A DNA stretch of 64,000 nucleotides, taken from assembly GCA_040776945.1 (NCBI GenBank), contig JAXGZN010000002.1, positions 224,001 through 288,000 on the forward strand, read 5' to 3'. The notes under the pieces were generated by a model that was not told the origin of the DNA, ran no database searches, and was given only the letters and a program-made list of their open reading frames with translations. The position numbers and the translations under genes were made by a program. The stretch is from Methanomassiliicoccaceae archaeon (lineage in GTDB: Archaea; Thermoplasmatota; Thermoplasmata; Methanomassiliicoccales; Methanomassiliicoccaceae). Of this stretch, positions 11,901-20,370 are shown piece after piece. Positions within the stretch are counted from its first letter, which is position 1, and the number at the start of each line of letters is the position of its first letter.

Positions 11901-12001
11901 GGTAGCCGGGCGTGAGGACCGGCGGCCCGACAAGATCGGGCCCTTCGATCTAGCAGGGAGGGCACAGCCCCGGTCTTACCGCCTCGCTTGCCCGTACTGC
12001 C
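11901..12001 (+). ncRNA. Candidate structured RNA (multi-stem, unassigned)
   Basis: Nested pairings ggtag/ctgcc, cgggcg/tgcccg, aggaccgg/ccggtctt, ggcccga/tcgggcc; wobble pairs read G-U on + strand. Confidence 0.3.
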
Positions 12002-12059
12002 GCTATTCTATATCGGTTATCGAGGGTCCCCCTCGCACCGTCTAACAACAGGCCTAATT

Positions 12060-12240
12060 GAAACATATTTATAGAAAAGTCATCTCTCTCAATATTATCA
12101 CAAAATATATTACTTAAACACACCAAAATCACACATGATCATCACGGAGCCAGAACCACCAAAAAATGGTTAAATAATATATTAATCTAAATGTTCTAAA
12201 AATATATATACCTATTTAACCCTAGCTAACTTAGTATCAA
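12060..12240 (+). promoter_or_regulatory. AT-rich promoter region of the large surface-protein gene
   Basis: Very AT-rich tract in GC-rich context; TATA-like aaaatatatata near 12199-12210. Confidence 0.5.
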
Positions 12241-12251
12241 ATTCAAGAACG

Positions 12252-12395
12252 AGGCCTCGATCGAGGCCTACTTCGCGGCCCGCCAAGTTTGGGAAGGGGG
12301 ACGGGCGCAAGGAGCAAAGGGGGAGTTACGAAGCAGGTAGCGAAAGCTGTCTCCGTTATAACGGCCCCTAGCTCTCTTGCGCCATTCTCTTTTTC
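12252..12395 (+). promoter_or_regulatory. Structured 5' leader, candidate attenuator/riboswitch
   Basis: 80-nt GAAA-capped imperfect hairpin 12304-12383 followed by pyrimidine/T tract; competing upstream stem. Confidence 0.4.
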
Positions 12396-12506
12396 AAACG
12401 GCCACGTCTGCCAGGCCGGGCAACGATAGTGATAACAGGAGCTCAGCTAGCGAACGCTATGGACATTCGACCAATAGGGTGACAAGGTAACGGAGCGTAA
12501 AATCAT

Positions 12507-15500
12507 ATGAGGGGGGTAAGCAAACGGATCGCTGGAGCGAAGATTAGCGCGACCTTACTGGCATTGATGATGGTTCTTTCATCGGCCGTCGTGCTGACCG
12601 TCGCCACTGAGAACGCATCGGCTCTGCCGGCAGGGCTTCAGGAGTTCTATCTGCCACTACCTGCAGATTTAACAAGGGATATATTCAATTCAATTCAAAG
12701 CGGCGTGGGCAAGTCGCAGATGCATTACGTCGTCAGTATCGTGGCCACAAGTGATACTACAACCGTGTACTATGATCATTGGGAAAATGGCTACAAAGAC
12801 GGGGCAAGTGGAGATGTAACTCGTACTCTGAATAGAGGGGAGACCTGGATACTGGAGAATGACGTTCCATCAAGCCCCCGAGGGACCAGTACATACTACG
12901 ACGGCGGCGACAGGATCTTTACCGTTGGCGGGCCTGTACAGGTCGTGGTCTCAACCTGGAGTGTAGCGTTGGGCACGCTCTTCGCAGATGCTTGGGAAGT
13001 ATATCCCGTGCAGGCATGGGAGGGTGGGACCAACGCTTATGTAATCCCCGTGGGCGAAACTATTGCTGGCAACCCTCTCAAATACGAAGATTTTAAGAAA
13101 GTATGGATCCAGATCACTTCCGGCAGTGATGCTAACGCCATTACCGTCACATCTAGCACCGGAACGAACTTACTGACCACCACTCTTGCTAGAGGAAAGG
13201 CAGTAAATCTCGAGATCACAGGAGGTCCAGGCGCTAAGGTAACGTCAACAAATCCTGTCGAGGTGCAGATAATCGCAGGAAACCCTAGTTTGAGATATGA
13301 TATGCGCGGTTATTCCGTACTGCCCAGGGCGGACTGGGGAACGAGCTACTACGCCCCTGCCCCAAGCTGGCCCAGTGCTAACACCGATATCTATGTCTTC
13401 AACCCCAGTTCGACCGCCATAACAATAAACTATCGGGACAGAACCGGCTCTGGGACCTTTACTGTGGGGGCGAATGCGGTGAAGTCTTATCAGGACGGTA
13501 CAGGCAGGTATGTCCCGCAGAACTCGGGAGTCCATCTGACCTCACCCGGCGCCTTCTGGGCTTTAGCTTCATGTGATTCGGAGAGTGCCGACTGGGACTG
13601 GGCATACTCACTCATCCCTGCAGATCTCTTGACCACGGAGACCTACCTAGGTTGGGCTCCGGGCAATCAGAATAAGAATGCTGACGGCTCCTCAGTATAC
13701 ATCACTGCGTCCGTCGATAATACGGAAGTAAGGATATATCACTCTCCGGATGATGGAGTCGCGGACCATATTATCACAGATCTAGATACGCTGGAAACGG
13801 CTACCTATTGGGACCCGGACCATGACAACACTGGGATGCGCATCGTTGCCAGTGCGCCTGTTGCTATTGCGTGGGGAGAGAACCCCGCACTGGCAGGGAC
13901 CGGAGCAGGATTCCTTGATGTGGGATATACTGTCCTTCCAATCTCCCCTCATTGGGTAGACATCGGATTAGCCGTGGAGAAGACAGCGAACCCTGATCAG
14001 ATTGTTTACGGTCAAGCGACAACATTCACAATCAACATATCGGTCCCCGCGAGCTCGTGGTCCGGAGTGACGAACATCGATCTCGTCGATACGCTCCCTG
14101 CAGGGTGGGAATATGTAGCGAACAGCGCGTACATCGTGACCCCTGCCATCCCAGCCCCCGGCACGCAGATGAACCCGACGATAAGTGGGTCCATAGGCAC
14201 TGGGTACATATTGACCTGGGATGGCAGTTGGACACTGTCCCCGGGTCAGAAAGTGACGTTGACGTTCAACGCGAAACCCACCTCGACGGCGGCTGTAAGC
14301 AGCCAAAACCGAAACGTCGCTACGGCAACCGGAACGACCATCGTTAACCCGACGACCTTGACCGCCGAGGACGACGCCTTCGTGATAGTGAAACCATCTC
14401 CCGCGCTAGGTATCGAAAAGACCGCTAACACGACAACCGCGAAGATCGGCGACACGGTCACCTACACCATTAGAGTATGGAACGACGACGTCAGCGGCGA
14501 TGGGACGCCGATAAAGAACGTCACGGTCTCCGACCCGATGGGAGGAGGAACGCTCACAAGGATAAGCGGCGACGATGGTGACAACATTCTCGAGGTAGGT
14601 GAGAATTGGACCTATTCCTTCACTCGCGTGGTTCTCTCCACTGATCCGAACCCGATAATTAACACCGCGAACGCGGTCGGCGAGGACCTGGAAGGCAGCA
14701 CTGTAGGGCCGGTCTATGATACGGCAACAGTCGGTCTTACCTTCGCCCCGCTCATCGAGGTGAACAAGGTGGCCAACAAGACCACCGCCAAGGTCGGTGA
14801 CAAGATCACCTACACCATCACCGTCAAGCACGCCCCCGGCTCCGATGGCAGCGACGTGCTCAACCTGGTGATGGTGGACAGCCTCGGCGGAACCCTCGTC
14901 CTGGCGAGCGGCGACGTCAACCTCGACGGCAAGCTCAACGCCGGCGAGACGTGGACCTACATCTACGAGCGCGTGATCCTGGTCAGCGACCCCGATCCCC
15001 TCGTGAACACCGCCACCGCCACCGGCAAGGACCGTGACGGCAACACCGTGACCGACAGCGACGACGCGTCGGTGGCCATCACCTTCGCCCCGCTCATCGA
15101 GGTGAACAAGGTGGCCAACAAGACCACCGCCAAGGTCGGTGACAAGATCACCTACACCATCACCGTCAAGCACGCCCCCGGCTCCGATGGCAGCGACGTG
15201 CTCAACCTGGTGATGGTGGACAGCCTCGGCGGAACCCTCGTCCTGGCGAGCGGCGACGTCAACCTCGACGGCAAGCTCAACGCCGGCGAGACGTGGACCT
15301 ACATCTACGAGCGCGTGATCCTGGTCAGCGACCCCGATCCCCTCGTGAACACCGCCACCGCCACCGGCAAGGACCGTGACGGCAACACCGTGACCGACAG
15401 CGACGACGCGTCGGTGGCCATCACCTTCGCCCCGCTCATCGAGGTGAACAAGGTGGCCAACGTGCAAGCTGCGAAGGTGGGAGATTTAATAACATACACT

Positions 15501-17657
15501 ATAACGGTGCAGCATGCCTCCACATCGGATGGTTCCGCCATCTACAATGTCGTAGTCAACGACAGTCTAGGCGGCATCCTCACTGTCGTGAGCAAGACTG
15601 GAGGCAACCAGGACGATATCCTGGAAGCCGGTGAGATCTGGACATATACATACGCCAGGCAGGTCCTTTCCACCGATCCAGACCCGCTGATCAACAAGGT
15701 CACGGGCACGGGTGAGGACAGGGACGGGGACCCGGTCGGAGATGAGGACGAGGTCAGCACCCCGATAGAGTACAACCCAGCGCTGCTCGTCACCAAGACC
15801 GGACCCGCGAGAGCCAAGGTCGGAGAGACGATAACCTACACTATAACGGTGCAGCACGATCCGACCTCTGACCGCTCGAACATCACCAGTGTGGTGGTGA
15901 GCGATTTCTTTGGCATCACTCCGATCTACCAGAGCGGCGATGACGGCGACGGCATCCTGGAGTACGGCGAGGTGTGGACCTACACCGTCCAATATACCAT
16001 ACCTGCCAACGCCCCGAACCCGCTGATCAACACTGCGATCGCCACTGGTGTGGACCAGGATGGGGACGAGGTCAGGGACGAGGATGATGAGGCGGTTCCC
16101 ATAGAGTACAACCCCCTCATCCTAGTGACCAAGACTGGGCCGGGCTCCGCGAACGTCGGCGATGAGGTGAATTACACCATCACCGTCAAGCACGCTCAGG
16201 GTTCCGACGGCTCGGACGTCTATAACCTGACGGTCACCGATCCGCTGGGAACTCCGATATATCTCAGCGGCGATGACGGCGACGGCATCCTGGAGCTAGG
16301 CGAGGTGTGGACATACTACATGCTCTACTCCATCCCTACCAGCTCGAGCGATCCGCTGGTGAACACGGCAACCGCGCACGGCACCGATAACGACGGTGAT
16401 GACGTCACCGACAGCGACGACCATGAGATCGACGTCGAGTACAATCCAGCGATCATGGTCACCAAGACCGCTAACGTGGCCAAGGCCAAGGTCGGCGACA
16501 CCATCCGTTATGATATAACGGTGCAGCACGCGCCGAGTTCGGACGGCTCGAACATATACAACGTCCAGGTGACCGACGTCCTCGGCATAACTCCCATATA
16601 CGTGAGCGGTGACGACGGCGACGGCATCCTGGAGTACGGCGAGGTGTGGCTTTACACCGTCGAGTACACCATACCCGCCAACGCGCCCAACCCGCTGATC
16701 AACGTCGTGGTGGCGACCGGCGAAGATGGCGACGGCGACAAGACGACCGACGAGGGCACCGAGGAGGTCCCCATCGAGCAGCAATGCGTCCACCCGGCCA
16801 TATGCGTGATCAAGTGCGGGCCGCCATGCGCTTACGTGGGAGACACGGTTACCTACACCTTCGAGGTGTACAACACAGGTAATGTGCCTCTGTCCAACGT
16901 GGGCGTGTACGACTCCGTAGCTGGACAAGCATATTACGTCAGGGGCGATACCAACGGCAACGGGCTCCTGGACGTGACAGAGGTGTGGACCTTCGAGATC
17001 CAGTGGGTTGTGCAGAAGTGCCCCCGCGAGCTGTACAATATCGGCACCGCGACCGGGTACTACAACGGCAAGGCCTACACGGACTGGGACGACCACTGCC
17101 TGGTGGCAGTCCCGAGGTGCGTCCCGAACCCCAGCATCGAGATAGTGAAGAGCGGGCCAGCAACCGCGCAGGTGTGCGAGGAGATCACCTACATCTTCAC
17201 CGTCACGAACACAGGGAACGTGGCGCTGTCCGATGTCAGGGTCTTCGATGACGTGACCTGCGAGGCCGTGTATGTGTCCGGCGACGTGAACTGCAACTGT
17301 CTGCTGGATGTGGGCGAGGTCTGGATATTCACCGCTAGGTGGGTCGTCCACCAGTGCCCCGATCCCCTGATCAATACCGCAACGGTGATCGCCTGCTACG
17401 GCAGCCAAGCGGTCACCGACTGCGACACCCACTGCCTCGACGTGGTGGAGTGCCCGCCGGAAATTGTCGAGGAGGAGCAGGGAGACGGATGTACCGGACA
17501 GCCTAACGGCCACGCCGACGAGCCTGCGAGGACGCAGCAGGACCTTGGCGCTTCCGGAGCCAAGACCGGCCCGATAAGCTCTGCGGTCTACATGATCGTA
17601 GCGCTGTTCGGTCTGTTCATGGCCGCAGTGGCAGTGGCGCTGTACCGCAAGATATGA
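12507..17657 (+). CDS. Large membrane-anchored surface/adhesin-like protein with tandem DUF11/DUF7507-like Ig repeats
   Basis: Signal peptide, repeated K.A....AKVGD.ITYTITV units with DxDxDGxL..GE Ca-type loops, C-terminal TM plus RK tail. Confidence 0.9.
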   Translation: MRGVSKRIAGAKISATLLALMMVLSSAVVLTVATENASALPAGLQEFYLPLPADLTRDIFNSIQSGVGKSQMHYVVSIVATSDTTTVYYDHWENGYKDGASGDVTRTLNRGETWILENDVPSSPRGTSTYYDGGDRIFTVGGPVQVVVSTWSVALGTLFADAWEVYPVQAWEGGTNAYVIPVGETIAGNPLKYEDFKKVWIQITSGSDANAITVTSSTGTNLLTTTLARGKAVNLEITGGPGAKVTSTNPVEVQIIAGNPSLRYDMRGYSVLPRADWGTSYYAPAPSWPSANTDIYVFNPSSTAITINYRDRTGSGTFTVGANAVKSYQDGTGRYVPQNSGVHLTSPGAFWALASCDSESADWDWAYSLIPADLLTTETYLGWAPGNQNKNADGSSVYITASVDNTEVRIYHSPDDGVADHIITDLDTLETATYWDPDHDNTGMRIVASAPVAIAWGENPALAGTGAGFLDVGYTVLPISPHWVDIGLAVEKTANPDQIVYGQATTFTINISVPASSWSGVTNIDLVDTLPAGWEYVANSAYIVTPAIPAPGTQMNPTISGSIGTGYILTWDGSWTLSPGQKVTLTFNAKPTSTAAVSSQNRNVATATGTTIVNPTTLTAEDDAFVIVKPSPALGIEKTANTTTAKIGDTVTYTIRVWNDDVSGDGTPIKNVTVSDPMGGGTLTRISGDDGDNILEVGENWTYSFTRVVLSTDPNPIINTANAVGEDLEGSTVGPVYDTATVGLTFAPLIEVNKVANKTTAKVGDKITYTITVKHAPGSDGSDVLNLVMVDSLGGTLVLASGDVNLDGKLNAGETWTYIYERVILVSDPDPLVNTATATGKDRDGNTVTDSDDASVAITFAPLIEVNKVANKTTAKVGDKITYTITVKHAPGSDGSDVLNLVMVDSLGGTLVLASGDVNLDGKLNAGETWTYIYERVILVSDPDPLVNTATATGKDRDGNTVTDSDDASVAITFAPLIEVNKVANVQAAKVGDLITYTITVQHASTSDGSAIYNVVVNDSLGGILTVVSKTGGNQDDILEAGEIWTYTYARQVLSTDPDPLINKVTGTGEDRDGDPVGDEDEVSTPIEYNPALLVTKTGPARAKVGETITYTITVQHDPTSDRSNITSVVVSDFFGITPIYQSGDDGDGILEYGEVWTYTVQYTIPANAPNPLINTAIATGVDQDGDEVRDEDDEAVPIEYNPLILVTKTGPGSANVGDEVNYTITVKHAQGSDGSDVYNLTVTDPLGTPIYLSGDDGDGILELGEVWTYYMLYSIPTSSSDPLVNTATAHGTDNDGDDVTDSDDHEIDVEYNPAIMVTKTANVAKAKVGDTIRYDITVQHAPSSDGSNIYNVQVTDVLGITPIYVSGDDGDGILEYGEVWLYTVEYTIPANAPNPLINVVVATGEDGDGDKTTDEGTEEVPIEQQCVHPAICVIKCGPPCAYVGDTVTYTFEVYNTGNVPLSNVGVYDSVAGQAYYVRGDTNGNGLLDVTEVWTFEIQWVVQKCPRELYNIGTATGYYNGKAYTDWDDHCLVAVPRCVPNPSIEIVKSGPATAQVCEEITYIFTVTNTGNVALSDVRVFDDVTCEAVYVSGDVNCNCLLDVGEVWIFTARWVVHQCPDPLINTATVIACYGSQAVTDCDTHCLDVVECPPEIVEEEQGDGCTGQPNGHADEPARTQQDLGASGAKTGPISSAVYMIVALFGLFMAAVAVALYRKI
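14739..15461. repeat. Perfect intragenic tandem repeat, 342-bp unit (2 copies plus 39 bp)
   Basis: accttcgccccgctcatcgagg begins at 14739, 15081 and 15423; identical 114-aa units in translation. Confidence 0.95.
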
Positions 17658-17674
17658 AAGCTCAAACCTCCCCA

Positions 17675-17720
17675 GGAGGGGCCTCCGCCCCTCCCCGTAA
17701 ACCATTTTATTTACTTCCTT
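17675..17720 (+). terminator. Putative terminator of surface-protein gene
   Basis: ggaggggc-ctcc-gcccctcc hairpin then T-rich tract. Confidence 0.5.
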
Positions 17721-17882
17721 TCTGAATGCCCCGTTTTTGGCAATAATTGATGCAAATATCCCTGGGTTTTGATAAGAAATCACCGTCCGACCATGCCCTG
17801 AAGAACGTATAACCGAACAGAGCACGCGTGAAGCAGTGCTCTGATGTGCAGGGACCATTATGAACGCTCGGTCCAAGGAGCG

Positions 17883-18995
17883 TCACTCATGCAACGCCTT
17901 GAGCGCCTGCTCTTTCGCTCCAGACCGGTCCACGAGCTGCTTGACCACTGGAAGCGAGGACAGTTTGGCCATCGCCCTTACCGTCCCTCTTTTCGCCTGT
18001 ATCCTCATAAGCGAACGGTCCCGCGCGCCCAGGCGATATTTGAACTCCTCCGGGCCAGCGCCGAAGTCGAAGCGTATGAACCCGGCCTTCTGCGCCTCTG
18101 CCATGGCATAAAGGGCCACCAGGTTCCCGGGCGAGAACTCCGCATATCGGTTGCTCATGCCTACGCGGTAGGCGCGCATGATGTCCCCGTCCTCCAAGCA
18201 CAGCATCTGCGATGCCAGAGAGCCATCTATCCATGCCTCGTAGATCATCCCTCGGCCCTCGGTGACCGTTGCCACCATGACGTTCTTCAGGAAACTGGAG
18301 AGGTTCTCGCTGGTGAAGATGCTGCCGCCCTTGTCCTCCCAACGCTCCAGGTGCTGCAGGGCGTACATGGCCGCCGCCTCTCCCGCCTCCTTCGGCACGT
18401 CAACGCACCGGTACCTTATGCGGCTCTCTGCTTCAAGGGAGGCGGAGATCTTCCTCAGGGCCCTCCTGGTGCGGGAGGATATCACCTCCATCACGTCGCC
18501 CTCCGCAGGGATGTCGGTCGCCGGACAGGGTATGAAGACCGGCTCGTCCGTCTCCCACCGCTCCGATATCTTGCTGTGCAATGCTCGAGCGACCGGCCCG
18601 TCGGTCATCTCATTGAGGTGCAGGACGTTCCAATCGATCTTGTTCATCTCCTCGATGATTCGGTCCAGGATGTCCTCGCGGTCCTCCCCCACCAGGATCC
18701 CGAGGTCGTACAGCTCGGCGACCCCGGAGCCGTTGCCGATCAGGGAGAGCTTCCTAAGTTTCATGCCCATGGCCCTCTGCTCAACGAGAACGAACGGCGC
18801 GATCGCCACGATCGCCCCGTCCTCCTCGATGAAGATCACCCGGGGGGATGCGACCTTGTCGAAGTGGCGAAGCCACTCTATGGACCAATCGAACGAGGAG
18901 AAGATCGAACCTCCGGTCATCTTCCTCAACGTTTCCCATTCTCCCTGCATCGACTGCAGGTCGATGGTGTGGTCCAATCTCCAAGCCCTAAGCAT
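17883..18995 (-). CDS. GNAT-family protein (CelD/BcsL, Acetyltransf_6 type)
   Basis: IF.S.DW...W, SPGNL, FDFGAGPEEFKYRLG. Confidence 0.85.
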   Translation of the reverse strand: MLRAWRLDHTIDLQSMQGEWETLRKMTGGSIFSSFDWSIEWLRHFDKVASPRVIFIEEDGAIVAIAPFVLVEQRAMGMKLRKLSLIGNGSGVAELYDLGILVGEDREDILDRIIEEMNKIDWNVLHLNEMTDGPVARALHSKISERWETDEPVFIPCPATDIPAEGDVMEVISSRTRRALRKISASLEAESRIRYRCVDVPKEAGEAAAMYALQHLERWEDKGGSIFTSENLSSFLKNVMVATVTEGRGMIYEAWIDGSLASQMLCLEDGDIMRAYRVGMSNRYAEFSPGNLVALYAMAEAQKAGFIRFDFGAGPEEFKYRLGARDRSLMRIQAKRGTVRAMAKLSSLPVVKQLVDRSGAKEQALKALHE

Positions 18996-19181
18996 CGATG
19001 GCCCCTCTGGTCCTTCCGGCCGGTGAAGCGGTCCCCTGATATCGACCCCTCATTGGGAACGAGCGGCATGGACTGTCCGCTCGCCCGCCCTCCTTCCTTC
19101 TCATTATGCACGGTCCCTCTATTAGCTCGTTCCCCCCTCTCGGCGGTCCGAGGACGGCCCGGGAACGACATGGCGCAAGGG

Positions 19182-20363
19182 TCAAGCCGCGCCCCTCCCA
19201 AGCTCAAGATATGAGCGCAGGTAGCTTTCTGGACTGTGGTATCTTTCGTAGCGTTCCAGGGCGTTGCGGGACATCCTTACCTGCAGCTTGGAGCTTTCCA
19301 GGTCCAGCATGGCCTCCCCTATCGCCTCCGGGGACGTGTCGACCACCAGGCCGCATTCGCCGGCCACAAGGTCCGGCAGGCCTCCGTTGCCGGAGACGAT
19401 CAGCGGAGTGCCGACCGATAGCGCCTCTATGCAAGAGAGCGGGGAGTTCTCCCGGCATACCGATGGTGCGACCAGAGCGATAGCGGTGGCGACCTCCTCC
19501 AGCACCTCCTTCCGAGAGAGGAACCCCAGTCCACGGACCCGGCCACCAGTGCGCTTCGATGCCGCTCTAAGCTCAGGTTCCAGACTGCCGCTTCCTAGAA
19601 CGTGGAGCTCGGCCTTGACCCCGCTCTTTTCGTACCCCTGCAGCAGCAGATCGAGCCCTTTATGCCTTTCCAGCACTCCTACGAAGACGAAGTGCGGCAC
19701 AGCGCCCCTCCTCTCTACGGTTCCCGGCGAGGGCACGAAGTTCGGAAGAACCACCGAGGCCAGAGAGGCCCGCTCCCGCAGGAACCTGGCCATGTACTCA
19801 GAGGGGGCGATGATGCGGTCGATGCCGCCGAGCCTTTTCCTGAAGCCGCTCCCGCGCCACAGCTGGGGCGGGCGGCCGGTGCGCAGGGAGCAGGTGAAGC
19901 ACCTGCTCTCGCCACAGGCGTCCCTTCCCAAATAGGACAGGTCGCTGCGCGGGCATACCGCCCAATGGTCGTGCGCGGTGTACAGCTGCGGGGGCCCGAG
20001 GGGCTCCAGCACACCTTGCCCAAGAAGCGAGATGTTATGATGGTGCACCCATGACGGACCGACCTCGTCCACGACCCTGGACACCATGCGCTCGGCTGCC
20101 CGGGAGCGGCCGGTCATGTAGGCGAGCCGCGAGGAGGACGCTCCAAGGGAGGTGTTGATCTCATGGACGGTCACGTCGGACGATATCGGTGCCGGACGCT
20201 TGCCCTTGGCCTTGAGCGCGAACGCGTCCCGGCTGTGGACCACATGGACCTCGTGTCCGCGCCTCACCAGCTCCTCGGCGAGATACCTCACGTGGACCGC
20301 GTCCCCGCCCAGATGATAGGGGGGGTAGAAGGTCGAGGTCATCACAACTCGTTCTGTTTCCAT
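19182..20363 (-). CDS. GT4-family glycosyltransferase
   Basis: FYPPYHLGG, HKGLDLL, ENSPLSCIEA. Confidence 0.9.
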   Translation of the reverse strand: METERVVMTSTFYPPYHLGGDAVHVRYLAEELVRRGHEVHVVHSRDAFALKAKGKRPAPISSDVTVHEINTSLGASSSRLAYMTGRSRAAERMVSRVVDEVGPSWVHHHNISLLGQGVLEPLGPPQLYTAHDHWAVCPRSDLSYLGRDACGESRCFTCSLRTGRPPQLWRGSGFRKRLGGIDRIIAPSEYMARFLRERASLASVVLPNFVPSPGTVERRGAVPHFVFVGVLERHKGLDLLLQGYEKSGVKAELHVLGSGSLEPELRAASKRTGGRVRGLGFLSRKEVLEEVATAIALVAPSVCRENSPLSCIEALSVGTPLIVSGNGGLPDLVAGECGLVVDTSPEAIGEAMLDLESSKLQVRMSRNALERYERYHSPESYLRSYLELGRGAA

Positions 20364-20370
20364 GTTCTAC

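Noticed and set aside
12060-12325. AT-rich tract with G-strings as a possible replication origin
   Set aside because: No ORB consensus (TTCCA..GGAA) repeats and no orc1/cdc6 in the window
14739-15461. Repeat as CRISPR array or DGR template/variable repeat
   Set aside because: In-frame identical coding units, no spacers, no adenine-specific mismatches, no cas or reverse transcriptase gene
17820-17832. 13-mer GAGCACGCGTGAA shared with 47376-47388 near both surface-protein genes
   Set aside because: Many 13-mer matches are expected by chance in 64 kb, and the positions are not equivalent (3' versus 5')
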